This document shows, in pieces, positions 39,607 to 48,213 of a DNA stretch of 64,000 nt (within the stretch, counting starts at the first letter, position 1; each line of letters begins with the position of its first letter). The notes beneath the pieces are model-generated. The model was given only the letters and a program-made list of their open reading frames with translations. It was not told the origin of the DNA and did not search any database. The DNA comes from Planctomycetota bacterium (lineage in GTDB: Bacteria; Planctomycetota; UBA1135; UBA2386). The DNA lies in assembly GCA_965228735.1 (NCBI GenBank), contig OZ245838.1:4160001-4224000 (forward strand). Direction: 5' to 3'. Position numbers and translations under genes: made by a program.

Positions 39607-40250
39607 TCCCGGTGGCCGCACCGCGGACGATCCGGGCGACGGCGCTCACGCTGATCGGCCTTCTGGCCAGCGGCTGCATCCTGCCGTATCACGCGCAACA
39701 GAAGCCGATCGACAGCTACCTCGCGGAACCCGCCGACCTGGACAACGTGCGGCGCATCATGGTGCTGCCGTTCACGCAGCAGGCCGGAGTCAGCGCCGAC
39801 TGCGAGCAGATCCGCGACGCGTTCCTCAGCGAGCTCATGAAGCTGCGCCGGTTCGAGGTCGTGCCCCTGCCGCTTTCCGCCGCGGAGAACCAGGTCCTCA
39901 ACGCGTCGCTCCGGCGTGGCCGCCCGTCGACCGATGCGATGGTGAGACTCTGCGATCGCTACGCGCTCGACGGCGTGCTCGTCGGCTCGATCAGTTCGTG
40001 GCGGCCCTACAAGCCGGCGCACCTCGGCATGCGCACGCAGCTGATCTCGATCCACTCGGGCGCGACCGTGTGGGCCGTGGACGCGATCTACGACGCCAAC
40101 GACCGCGCGACCATCGCCGACCTCCGCGACTACGCCCGCCTGCGCCAGTACGACGACGGCTCGCTGCACGGCTGGGAGCTCAACCTGCTCTCCCCGAACC
40201 GCTTCGTCAACTACGTGGCCCACCGGTTCGTGGGCACGTGGGTCGACTGA
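39603..40250 (+). CDS. Lipoprotein with a TolB-N/CsgG/FlgO-like alpha/beta fold (tentative)
   Basis: Lipobox ASGC; RRIMVLPF, LDGVLVGSI and LISIHSGATVW pattern. GTG start overlaps the previous stop. Confidence 0.7.
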   Translation: MIPVAAPRTIRATALTLIGLLASGCILPYHAQQKPIDSYLAEPADLDNVRRIMVLPFTQQAGVSADCEQIRDAFLSELMKLRRFEVVPLPLSAAENQVLNASLRRGRPSTDAMVRLCDRYALDGVLVGSISSWRPYKPAHLGMRTQLISIHSGATVWAVDAIYDANDRATIADLRDYARLRQYDDGSLHGWELNLLSPNRFVNYVAHRFVGTWVD

Positions 40251-40283
40251 GCCCCAGCTGGTGAGCGAAGCGGGCAGACGGCG

Positions 40284-41669
40284 CTACTGCAGCACCGTCT
40301 TCACGCCGTTCGTCGTGATGACGGACGCGAGCGTGCCGCCCTCGAGGATCGCCGACTGCGTCGTCAGCTGAACGCCGGTCAGGCCGGGGCTGACGGTCAG
40401 CGCGAACGAGCCGCTGCCGCTGCCAGCCCCGCCAGCGCCCGTGAAGTAGAGGCCCGCGCTGAACACGATCGGGGTGACCTGCTGCAGGCACGCCGGCGGC
40501 AACGTCAACGGCGTGCTGGCCTCGGCGAAGCCGAAGACGAACGCGCCGACCGACGACGGCGCGACGTTGCTCGCCGTGTAGGTGATCGTGCCGCCCGCCT
40601 GCGTGTTGCCCGTGGCCTCGAGTTCGGGCGCGATGCCGCCCTGGCCAGGGCAGGTCGCGCCGTAGGCGGGGAACAGGCTCACGGAGAACAGGTAGACCGC
40701 CCGGTTGCCGAAGTCACTGATGGCCAGCGTGCCGCTCGGTGCGTGGTAGCTGAAGTCGTAGGCGCCGGACGCGGGCGGCGCCGTGAACCCGTTGTAATCG
40801 ATGTCGAGCATCGTGCCGTCCGTGCGCGCGCACTGCATGACGACTTCGAACGGTTGGCCGGTCGCCGCCGTGTTCCGGTCGTTGAAGAAGATGACCTGCT
40901 CGCTGCCCTGCGCGACCAATTCGAGGTTCTGCTGGTTCACGAACGGCGCGAGCGGCGGCGCGACGAGGATCTGGTTGTTGGCGACCGCGTTGCCACCCGC
41001 ACGCTCGCACTTGATGAGCTCGTTCTGCCGGCGCAGATAGATGTCACCGTTGCTCGCATCGAAGTCGACGTCGCGCCACAGGGTGTTGGTGCCGACGATG
41101 ACGATCATCCCGTTGGTCGGATCGTAGAGGTCGGCGCCGCTCGCGGTGTCCTGCAGCAGCCGTCGCCCGGAACCGAACGTGAGCCACGCGGTGCCGAGAT
41201 CGACGACACCGAAGAAGCCGGGGTCGAACGCGACGCTGCTGCTGCCACGCCCGTCCTTCATCCACGTGAGGTTGCCCGCGAGATCCCACATCGTGATGCC
41301 CTCGGGCGCCGTCGCTCCGGAGTCCCAAGCCGCGGCGAGCGCCCCGCCCTCGAGGTCGAGACCCGAGTAGCCGCGCTGGATCGGCGTCGACACCACACCG
41401 AAGGTCGTATTGAAGACCGGCGTGCCGAGCGGCGAATCGATCTTGATGATCGCCGTGTCCGCGACCTGCGGCGAGTTGTTGAAGCCGGCGACCCAGAGGC
41501 TCGTGCCGTCCCAGGCCACGGCGCTCGGGTTGCTGCCGATGAACTCGGGGTTGTTCGCGTTCGACGTGACGGCGACGTCGACGGTGCCGAGATGCGTGAG
41601 CGAGACCTGGGCCGAGAGACCGGCGGCGCAGCCGGCGATGGCCAGCACGGAAGCAGAGGTGTGGAGCAT
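40284..41669 (-). CDS. Secreted beta-propeller-like protein with a C-terminal beta domain
   Basis: Signal peptide (AAGLSAQ), beta-rich body, C-terminal YGATC...TNGVKTVLQ domain. Confidence 0.8.
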   Translation of the reverse strand: MLHTSASVLAIAGCAAGLSAQVSLTHLGTVDVAVTSNANNPEFIGSNPSAVAWDGTSLWVAGFNNSPQVADTAIIKIDSPLGTPVFNTTFGVVSTPIQRGYSGLDLEGGALAAAWDSGATAPEGITMWDLAGNLTWMKDGRGSSSVAFDPGFFGVVDLGTAWLTFGSGRRLLQDTASGADLYDPTNGMIVIVGTNTLWRDVDFDASNGDIYLRRQNELIKCERAGGNAVANNQILVAPPLAPFVNQQNLELVAQGSEQVIFFNDRNTAATGQPFEVVMQCARTDGTMLDIDYNGFTAPPASGAYDFSYHAPSGTLAISDFGNRAVYLFSVSLFPAYGATCPGQGGIAPELEATGNTQAGGTITYTASNVAPSSVGAFVFGFAEASTPLTLPPACLQQVTPIVFSAGLYFTGAGGAGSGSGSFALTVSPGLTGVQLTTQSAILEGGTLASVITTNGVKTVLQ

Positions 41670-41861
41670 GTTCGCAGTTGGTGCCCATCGCGCGCGGCCC
41701 TCTGGTCGCGCGGGCCCCGCATGATAGCGACCCGCCGGCCCAGACGCAGCCGCGGCGATCCACCCGCCCCACCGGCACTTCGGTCGAGCGTGCCGCCTTG
41801 CCGGGGGCGCGGAACCGGATCGCGGTGGAACCCCTCACGACGGCCCGTAAGGTGCTCGCCC

Positions 41862-42614
41862 GTGTATTCCGTTCTTGTCTGCGGCGCATTCGCGCTGATC
41901 CTCGCGCTCGGCGGCTGGAGCCTCGACTTCTACCACTGGGGCTGGTCGATCCCGATCGCGTTCGTGCTGTTCGCCGGCTCGTGGATCCTGCTCGCGCGCA
42001 GCCTGAGCTCGCGCATGCAGCCCGCGATGGTGCGCATGCAGAAGCAGCTCGAGGCCGGCATGATCGAACCCGCGATGCAGAGCCTCGAAGCGCTGCTGCC
42101 CATGGCGCGCTGGGTGCCGATGCTGCGGGGCCAGCTGCTCGGCCAGATGGGCATGCTCGCCTATCACAACGGCGACAAGGATCGCGCTATCGAACTGCTC
42201 GAGGGCTCGTCGATGCGCGCGGCCGACGCGCGGCTGATGCTCGCGTGCATCCACCACCGCAACGAGAACGTGCAGCGCGCGTTCGAGGTGCTCGCGCTCA
42301 CGAGCAAGGTCGCGCGCAAGCACCCGCTGCTGCACAACACCTACGCGTGGATGCTGCAGAAGGCCGGCCGCAGCGACGAGGCCCAGGTCGTGCTGGCCGC
42401 GTTCCTCAGGAAGAACGCCGACAACAAGCCGACGCAGGAGAACCTGCTGCGGCTGCAGAACAAGCAGCGCATGTCGATGGCCGCGTTCGACATGCAGTGG
42501 TACGCGCTCGGACTGGAGCAGCCACCGCAGACGATGGGTCAGATGCGGCGCGCGCGGAAAGGCTTCCGCGAGGCGCCGAAGAAGAAGGCCGGCAGCAAGC
42601 GGCGGCGCGGTTAG
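41862..42614 (+). CDS. Membrane-anchored TPR-like protein with a basic C-terminus
   Basis: GTG start inferred; two N-terminal TMs, helical TPR-like repeats, K/R-rich tail. Confidence 0.72.
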   Translation: MYSVLVCGAFALILALGGWSLDFYHWGWSIPIAFVLFAGSWILLARSLSSRMQPAMVRMQKQLEAGMIEPAMQSLEALLPMARWVPMLRGQLLGQMGMLAYHNGDKDRAIELLEGSSMRAADARLMLACIHHRNENVQRAFEVLALTSKVARKHPLLHNTYAWMLQKAGRSDEAQVVLAAFLRKNADNKPTQENLLRLQNKQRMSMAAFDMQWYALGLEQPPQTMGQMRRARKGFREAPKKKAGSKRRRG

Positions 42615-42634
42615 CCGACGCCCAGAACGCGGCC

Positions 42635-44092
42635 ATGGCCAAGATTCGGCACGAGCTCCCCGCGGCGGATTGGCCGACCCAGGAACGCGCCGCCGCGTCG
42701 CGACTGTTCTCGCCGTTCGGCCTCGGCCCCGTCACCGCGACCTCGCGGACCTGGGTACCGGCCATGGTGCCGTGGCGCGCGACCGATGAGGGCTTCGCGA
42801 CCGACGACGTCATCGACTGGTACGGGCGCTTCGCCGAGGGCAAGCCTGGCGTGCTCGTCGTCGAGGCAACGGGTGTCCGCGACGTGCCGAGCGGGCCGCT
42901 CCTGCGGGTCGGCCACGACCGCTTCATCGACGGGCTGCGCCGGCTCGTCGACACCGTGCGCGAGCGCAGCGGCGGCGAAACGCGGCTCTTCCTGCAGATC
43001 ATCGACTTCCTGACGATCCGGCGACGGCCGGAGAAAGCGAAGTTCTTCGCGCGCTTCCTCGCGGTCACCGACGCGCACCGCGAAGCGATGCAGAGCACCG
43101 ACGAGGCGACGGTGCGCGCGCGGCTCGCCGAGTGCGACGACGACCGACTGCAGCAGGTGCTGACGCCGCGCGAGTTCCGCGACTACGCGTGGGGCTATCG
43201 CGACGAGGTCAGCGACACGCACCTGCCGCACGTGCGCGACCTGCCGGACGTGCTGCCCGAGCTCTTCGCCGCCGCGGCCGCGCGCGCCGAGGCCGCGGGC
43301 TTCGACGGCGTGGAGCTGCACTACGCGCACGCCTACACGATGGCGTCGTTCCTCTCCCGCACCAACACGCGCGACGACGGCTACGGCGGCTCGCGCGAAG
43401 CACGGCTGCGGCTGCCGCTCGAGGTGTTCCGCGCCGTCCGCGAACGCGTCGGCCCGGACTTCGCGGTCGGCGCGCGCTACCTCGGCGACGAGGCGATCGC
43501 CGGCGGCAGTGAGCTCGACGACGCAGTGCACTACGGGGTCGCGTTCGCCGAAGCGGGCTTCGACTTCCTGTCGATCAGCAAGGGCGGCAAGTTCGACGAC
43601 GCGAAGCAGCCGAAGGTCGGCGAAGCGGCATATCCCTACACGGGTCCGAGTGGTCACGAGTGCATGCCGACCGTGCGCAGCGACGAACGCGGCCCGTTCG
43701 GCCGCAACGTGCATCTCGCGGCGACGATCCGGAGCGCGATCCGCGCCGCCGGACATGCGACGCCGGTGATCGCCGCCGGCGGCATCTGCACGTTCGACCA
43801 GGCCGAGACGATCCTCGAGCGCGGCGAAGCCGATGCGATCGCCGCGGCGCGACAGAGCCTCGCGGACCCGGATTGGTGGCAGAAGATGCGCCTCGGGCGC
43901 GGCGCGGAGATCCGACGCTGCATTTACACCAACTACTGCGAGGGCCTCGACCAGAAGCACAAGCAGGTGACCTGCCAGCTCTGGGATCGGGATTTCGACG
44001 CGGACGAGGGCCCCGCTGCGCCGGCCGTGACCCGCAGCAACGACGGCAAGCGCCGGCTGTTGCCGCCGCGCTGGATGCCGGGACAGGCCTGA
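42635..44092 (+). CDS. NADH:flavin oxidoreductase (Old Yellow Enzyme family)
   Basis: AGFDGVELHYAHAYTMASFLS, NTRDDGYGGSREARLR and ARQSLADPDW. Confidence 0.92.
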   Translation: MAKIRHELPAADWPTQERAAASRLFSPFGLGPVTATSRTWVPAMVPWRATDEGFATDDVIDWYGRFAEGKPGVLVVEATGVRDVPSGPLLRVGHDRFIDGLRRLVDTVRERSGGETRLFLQIIDFLTIRRRPEKAKFFARFLAVTDAHREAMQSTDEATVRARLAECDDDRLQQVLTPREFRDYAWGYRDEVSDTHLPHVRDLPDVLPELFAAAAARAEAAGFDGVELHYAHAYTMASFLSRTNTRDDGYGGSREARLRLPLEVFRAVRERVGPDFAVGARYLGDEAIAGGSELDDAVHYGVAFAEAGFDFLSISKGGKFDDAKQPKVGEAAYPYTGPSGHECMPTVRSDERGPFGRNVHLAATIRSAIRAAGHATPVIAAGGICTFDQAETILERGEADAIAAARQSLADPDWWQKMRLGRGAEIRRCIYTNYCEGLDQKHKQVTCQLWDRDFDADEGPAAPAVTRSNDGKRRLLPPRWMPGQA

Positions 44093-44126
44093 GACGCTCC
44101 CGCGCCCGAGGACCGCGGAAGTGCCG

Positions 44127-44151
44127 GGAAGAAGCCGCCCGCCGGCCCGTC
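44127..44151 (+). promoter_or_regulatory. Candidate ECF-type promoter GGAAG-N16-CGTC
   Basis: Ends 20 nt before ATG 44172, with GGAGG in between. Confidence 0.45.
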
Positions 44152-44171
44152 TGAGGCGGGACACGGAGGCC

Positions 44172-45059
44172 ATGATGATCCTGACGACGACGTTCCGCGT
44201 TCTGTTTCCTGCTGCGATGACGGCGATCCTGGTGACGACGGCGCTGACCACGGGCGCGCTCGCCCAAGGCCCGAGCGAAGTGAGTCTCAGCAAACTGGGG
44301 TTCAACGAAACGGGCCCGGACCGGGCGGCGACAACGCCGATCGCGGCGCCGGCAGAGATCGTGGCGGCGCTCACAGCGGAGCTCGCCAGCAAGCGCGACG
44401 AGTTCGTCATCGAGGCCGGCGCGATCAAGATCAGCGATCTCATCGATCGTTCGGCGACGTTCCTCGGCTGGAACATCCTCGTGAACCCGCAGGAGCTGCA
44501 GCACTGCAGCAACGAGTTCCAGCTGCAGAACCGCATCACGACCGATCGCGAGGGCTGCCAGGATCTGCTCACGACGATGCTCGCGACGCGTGACGTCGTC
44601 GTCCGCACGCTCGACGACAGCAAGGCGCTCTACGAGGTCGTCGCCCTGCACGGCCAGCGCGGGGCCGGCGCGATGTCGTCCGGCCCGCAGCGTTCGCCCG
44701 AGGAGATCCTCGCGCGTCCGCACCTGCGCCTGCCGGTCGTGACGCTCATGCCGCTACAGCACATCAACGCGATCCACGCGAACAACGCGCTGCGGCCGTT
44801 CTTCGCCTCGGGCGGCCAGCGGTCGCAGATCATCATCGGCAACATGGGTTCGGAGGACAGCCTGCTCATCGCCGGTTCCCAGAGCCAGGTCGCCAACGCG
44901 ATCCGCCTCGTGCAGCGCGCCGACGCCGCCGCGGGCGAGGAACGGTCGAAGGACCGCCAGGCCGAGACCTCCGCCGTGATCGACCGACTCGAGAAGCGCA
45001 TCCGGCAGCTCGAGAAGGAGCTCGACGCCCTGCGCTCCAAGCGGGGCAAGGGCAAGTAA
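44172..45059 (+). CDS. Exported protein with secretin N0/N1-like domains and a C-terminal coiled coil, no secretin core
   Basis: Signal peptide; ISDLIDRSATFLGWNILV (N0-like) and MPLQHINAIHANNALRPF...SLLIAGSQSQVANAIRLVQRAD (Secretin_N-like). Confidence 0.7.
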   Translation: MMILTTTFRVLFPAAMTAILVTTALTTGALAQGPSEVSLSKLGFNETGPDRAATTPIAAPAEIVAALTAELASKRDEFVIEAGAIKISDLIDRSATFLGWNILVNPQELQHCSNEFQLQNRITTDREGCQDLLTTMLATRDVVVRTLDDSKALYEVVALHGQRGAGAMSSGPQRSPEEILARPHLRLPVVTLMPLQHINAIHANNALRPFFASGGQRSQIIIGNMGSEDSLLIAGSQSQVANAIRLVQRADAAAGEERSKDRQAETSAVIDRLEKRIRQLEKELDALRSKRGKGK

Positions 45060-45060
45060 C

Positions 45061-45804
45061 GTGCGGCTGCACGCCGCCGCCGCGTGCGCGATTGCCGGGC
45101 TCTCGGCGATCGCCGGCGCGCAGCAGACGCTCGCCGGCGCGAACGCGCGCCACGGCGACATCCGCACCGGCAAGGACGGCCTCGTGCTGCCGGTCGGCGA
45201 GTTCACCTGCATCGAGCTCGTCGAGGCCACGGCCGCGTTCCTCTGCCGCAACTACCTCTACGACTACGCCACGCTCGAACGCGCGGGCACGTTCCACCTG
45301 CAGCGATCGCTCGCGCTCGACGCACTCGGCAGCGAAGAACTGCTCTACGCACTGCTGTCGAGCCGCGACCTGATGATCACACCGGTCGACGAGCTCCGCG
45401 GCGTCTACGGCATCACGTCACTCGACCCTGACCAACCGCGCCGGGGCAGCGCGACCCCGATCGCCGCGCCGGCCCCGTGGCGCACGCCGGAGACGATCCT
45501 GCGCCGGCCGCAGCTCCGCGAGATCGCGCACTCCCACGTCGTGCTGCACAACGCCGACGCCCGCCAGGTCGCGCAGATGCTCGCGCAGCTGCACAGCCGC
45601 ACGCCGTGGCGCCCGGGCCACCTGCTGGTCTCCGCCGGCGGCCCGGACCTCGTGATGCTGCACGGCTACCGCGACCAGATCGCCGGCGCGATCCACCTCG
45701 CCCGCCACCTCGACCACATCGCCCGACCCCGCCAGGACCAGAGCCTGCTCGACCGCATCGCCGAGCTCGAACGCCGCATCCGCGCCCTCGAAGCCGCCAA
45801 ATAG
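45061..45804 (+). CDS. Paralogue of the preceding gene (secretin N-domain-like plus coiled coil)
   Basis: ELVEATAAFLCRNYL, RTPETILRRP, VLHNADARQVAQML, VMLHGYRDQIAGAI and DRIAELERRIRALE; 1-nt gap after the previous stop. Confidence 0.68.
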   Translation: MRLHAAAACAIAGLSAIAGAQQTLAGANARHGDIRTGKDGLVLPVGEFTCIELVEATAAFLCRNYLYDYATLERAGTFHLQRSLALDALGSEELLYALLSSRDLMITPVDELRGVYGITSLDPDQPRRGSATPIAAPAPWRTPETILRRPQLREIAHSHVVLHNADARQVAQMLAQLHSRTPWRPGHLLVSAGGPDLVMLHGYRDQIAGAIHLARHLDHIARPRQDQSLLDRIAELERRIRALEAAK

Positions 45805-45815
45805 CCAACGAACGC

Positions 45816-45930
45816 TGGCGGTACCGAACCCGCTTCGAATCCGCCACCCGCGACCTTCACCAACTGCCTGCCGGGCGCGGGCTTCGCCGCGGAGTGGCGT
45901 GGCGGATTCGAAGCGGGTTCGGTACGGCCA
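45816..45930. repeat. 32-bp inverted repeat (one mismatch), REP-doublet/MITE-like
   Basis: 45816-45847 TGGCGGTACCGAACCCGCTTCGAATCCGCCAC matches the reverse complement of 45899-45930; 51-nt spacer; lies between convergent genes. Confidence 0.9.
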
Positions 45931-45933
45931 CAC

Positions 45934-48213
45934 TCAGTGGGCGAGGAGGTTGATCAGGAGGCGGGCGGCGCCGGGATTGCCGACGCGGAGCTGGCGGTAG
46001 ATCGCGAGGGAGCAGTAGATGTAGTCGCCCTTGCCGTACTCGGTGTAGAGCAGCGAGCCGCGCGACGGCTCCTTCTCGCTCGAGTCCTTCATCTCGAAGA
46101 GCGGCGTCCAGGCCGGGTCCCAGCGCGACGGGAAGTTGAGTCCGCGTTCCTGCACCCAGTTCTCGAAGTCGGCGCTCGTGATGCGGTGCGGGTGCTGCAG
46201 GAGCCGGTGATCCGGCACGAGGAACTTCACCTCGGCGTTCTCCTCGGTCACGCGCTCGCGGCTCACGGTGAACGGGAACGGCGCGAGCGACTTGTCGGGT
46301 TCGCTCGAGTTCCACTCGCGCGGCTTGTGATACATCACGAGCACGCGACCGCCGCTGCGGCAGAACTCGAGAATGCGGCTGCGCATCTCCGCGAGGTCCG
46401 GGCGGTGGTAGTTGGCGCGGATGTCGACGAGCAGCGCCGAGTACCGGTTCAAGTCGACGGTCGACAGCGTGTCGCGTTCGAGCACGTCGAACGCGACGCC
46501 GAGGTCGGCGAGCGCCCGCTCCGTCGTGTCGTCGGGGCCACGGATGAGACCGACCCGCATGCCGTCGGGCACCTGTACGTCCACGGGCAGAACGCGAACG
46601 CGCGCGCTGTAGTCACCATGGCCGATGAGGATGCCGGCGTCCGGCGTGAGCTCATCGGGCTCGATCGTCGCGGTTACGAGCACGCGGGCCTCGTCGTTCT
46701 CCTTGCCGAGCTGCAGCCGTCCAGGCGCCGACGTCGCCCGGATGCCGGGCCCCATGGCGAGGCGGATCGGCGTGTCGGGCTCGCTCTGCCGGTGACTCTT
46801 GATGCTCGCGCTGAACGTGCGCTCCGCGGTCTTGCCCGTCGGGATCATGAGCACGGCCCGATCGGGCTTCACGACGACGGGCTCGACCGTCGTATAGGCC
46901 AGCCGCTCGAGCGCTCGAATCGGGTACTCGACACCCGCGCTCCGCAACGTGAACGCGACCTCGATGTCGACGAAGCTCGGCTCCGGCCCCGCGGGCGCGC
47001 TGCCGTCCTCCGCCGTCGCGGGCGAGAACGTGACCGAGAACTTGCCCGGCATCGGCTGCGGCTTGGCCTTCGGGTCGGCCGGCGTGGGCGGCAACTCGAA
47101 CACCCGGGTCTGCACGGGAGCGTTGACGGGCGTGCCGGCCCGCCCCTGACACGCGACCTCGATGTCGGCGGTGTGCTGGTGACCGTGAACGATCACGTAA
47201 GCGCGACCCTCCCCACCGACGGGCACCGAATCACGCTGCAGCCAGACCTCCACCCGGACGTTGGCGAGGGCGAGCAACGCGCGGCTCGCGGCCCGCCCGA
47301 CGTCGGCCGTCGGGCCGGCCTCGTGCAAGACTTCGCCGAGCATCTCGCGCAGCCGGGCGACGGGCAGCGCGGCCGCGAATCGGGGCAACACCGAGCCCTT
47401 CGGCTGCGGCAGCCAACGCGCCCAACCATCGACCTTCGACCGTTCCCGGCCCTCGGGATACACGAGCTCCCACCACTCCTTGCCCACGCGCAGCGGGTCG
47501 TGCGGCCCCCAAGGCCCCTGGCTCTCGTGCAACACCCACGCGTCGTGCGCGAGCCGCGCGTAGGTCTGACCGCGCATCGGGTCGAGCTCGCCCGGGTCGG
47601 TCGTGACCCACGCGTCCTCCGGCCCGCACCGGCCGAACATCGGCGGCACGCGGTCACCGCTCTTCTCGCGTTCCTTCAGGATCTCGACGATCGCCCACGC
47701 GCACGCGCGGTGGTGCCCGTGGCCGCGCGCGATGTGGTGGTTGGTTACGATGATGTCGGGCTCGACCGTGTCGATCACCTGCCGCATCGCATCCCGCAGC
47801 CGATCCCGCCCCCACACGTCGAGCGTCTCCTCGAGCGTCTTGCTGAAGCCGAAGTCCTCGAAGCCGAGCCACATCACTCCGACGTCGGACATCGCAGCCG
47901 CGGCCAGCGTTTCACGCACGCGGATGTAGGCGAGCTCCGGTCCGATCTCACGCCCGATCGCGTTCTGCCCGCCGTCGCCGTAGGTCGCGTACGCCGTGAC
48001 CACGGACGCGCCGTGCTTGCGCCGCAGCATGTAGCGCGTGCGCGACGCCTCGTCGTCCGGGTGCGCGGCGATGTTGAGCACGACCGCGTCGGTCGACGCA
48101 TCGAGGCAGGCCTGGTGCAGCGCGACGAGACCCGCATCGGGTTCGCGCTGCTGGGCGGCAAGCGCCCCGGCGACCAGGAACGGGACGAACGTACGAATCG
48201 AAGGCGTCATCAT
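45934..48213 (-). CDS. Exported PIG-L/LmbE-family deacetylase with C-terminal accessory and GATase-like domains
   Basis: AAHPDDE, GDGGQNAIG, DFGFSK and HGHH; ATG 48213 overlaps the aminotransferase stop. Confidence 0.88.
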   Translation of the reverse strand: MMTPSIRTFVPFLVAGALAAQQREPDAGLVALHQACLDASTDAVVLNIAAHPDDEASRTRYMLRRKHGASVVTAYATYGDGGQNAIGREIGPELAYIRVRETLAAAAMSDVGVMWLGFEDFGFSKTLEETLDVWGRDRLRDAMRQVIDTVEPDIIVTNHHIARGHGHHRACAWAIVEILKEREKSGDRVPPMFGRCGPEDAWVTTDPGELDPMRGQTYARLAHDAWVLHESQGPWGPHDPLRVGKEWWELVYPEGRERSKVDGWARWLPQPKGSVLPRFAAALPVARLREMLGEVLHEAGPTADVGRAASRALLALANVRVEVWLQRDSVPVGGEGRAYVIVHGHQHTADIEVACQGRAGTPVNAPVQTRVFELPPTPADPKAKPQPMPGKFSVTFSPATAEDGSAPAGPEPSFVDIEVAFTLRSAGVEYPIRALERLAYTTVEPVVVKPDRAVLMIPTGKTAERTFSASIKSHRQSEPDTPIRLAMGPGIRATSAPGRLQLGKENDEARVLVTATIEPDELTPDAGILIGHGDYSARVRVLPVDVQVPDGMRVGLIRGPDDTTERALADLGVAFDVLERDTLSTVDLNRYSALLVDIRANYHRPDLAEMRSRILEFCRSGGRVLVMYHKPREWNSSEPDKSLAPFPFTVSRERVTEENAEVKFLVPDHRLLQHPHRITSADFENWVQERGLNFPSRWDPAWTPLFEMKDSSEKEPSRGSLLYTEYGKGDYIYCSLAIYRQLRVGNPGAARLLINLLAH

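Noticed and set aside
45821..45930. tRNA-like TTCGAATCC and terminal CCA in the inverted repeat
   Set aside because: The flanks do not form a T-stem and no cloverleaf can be built.
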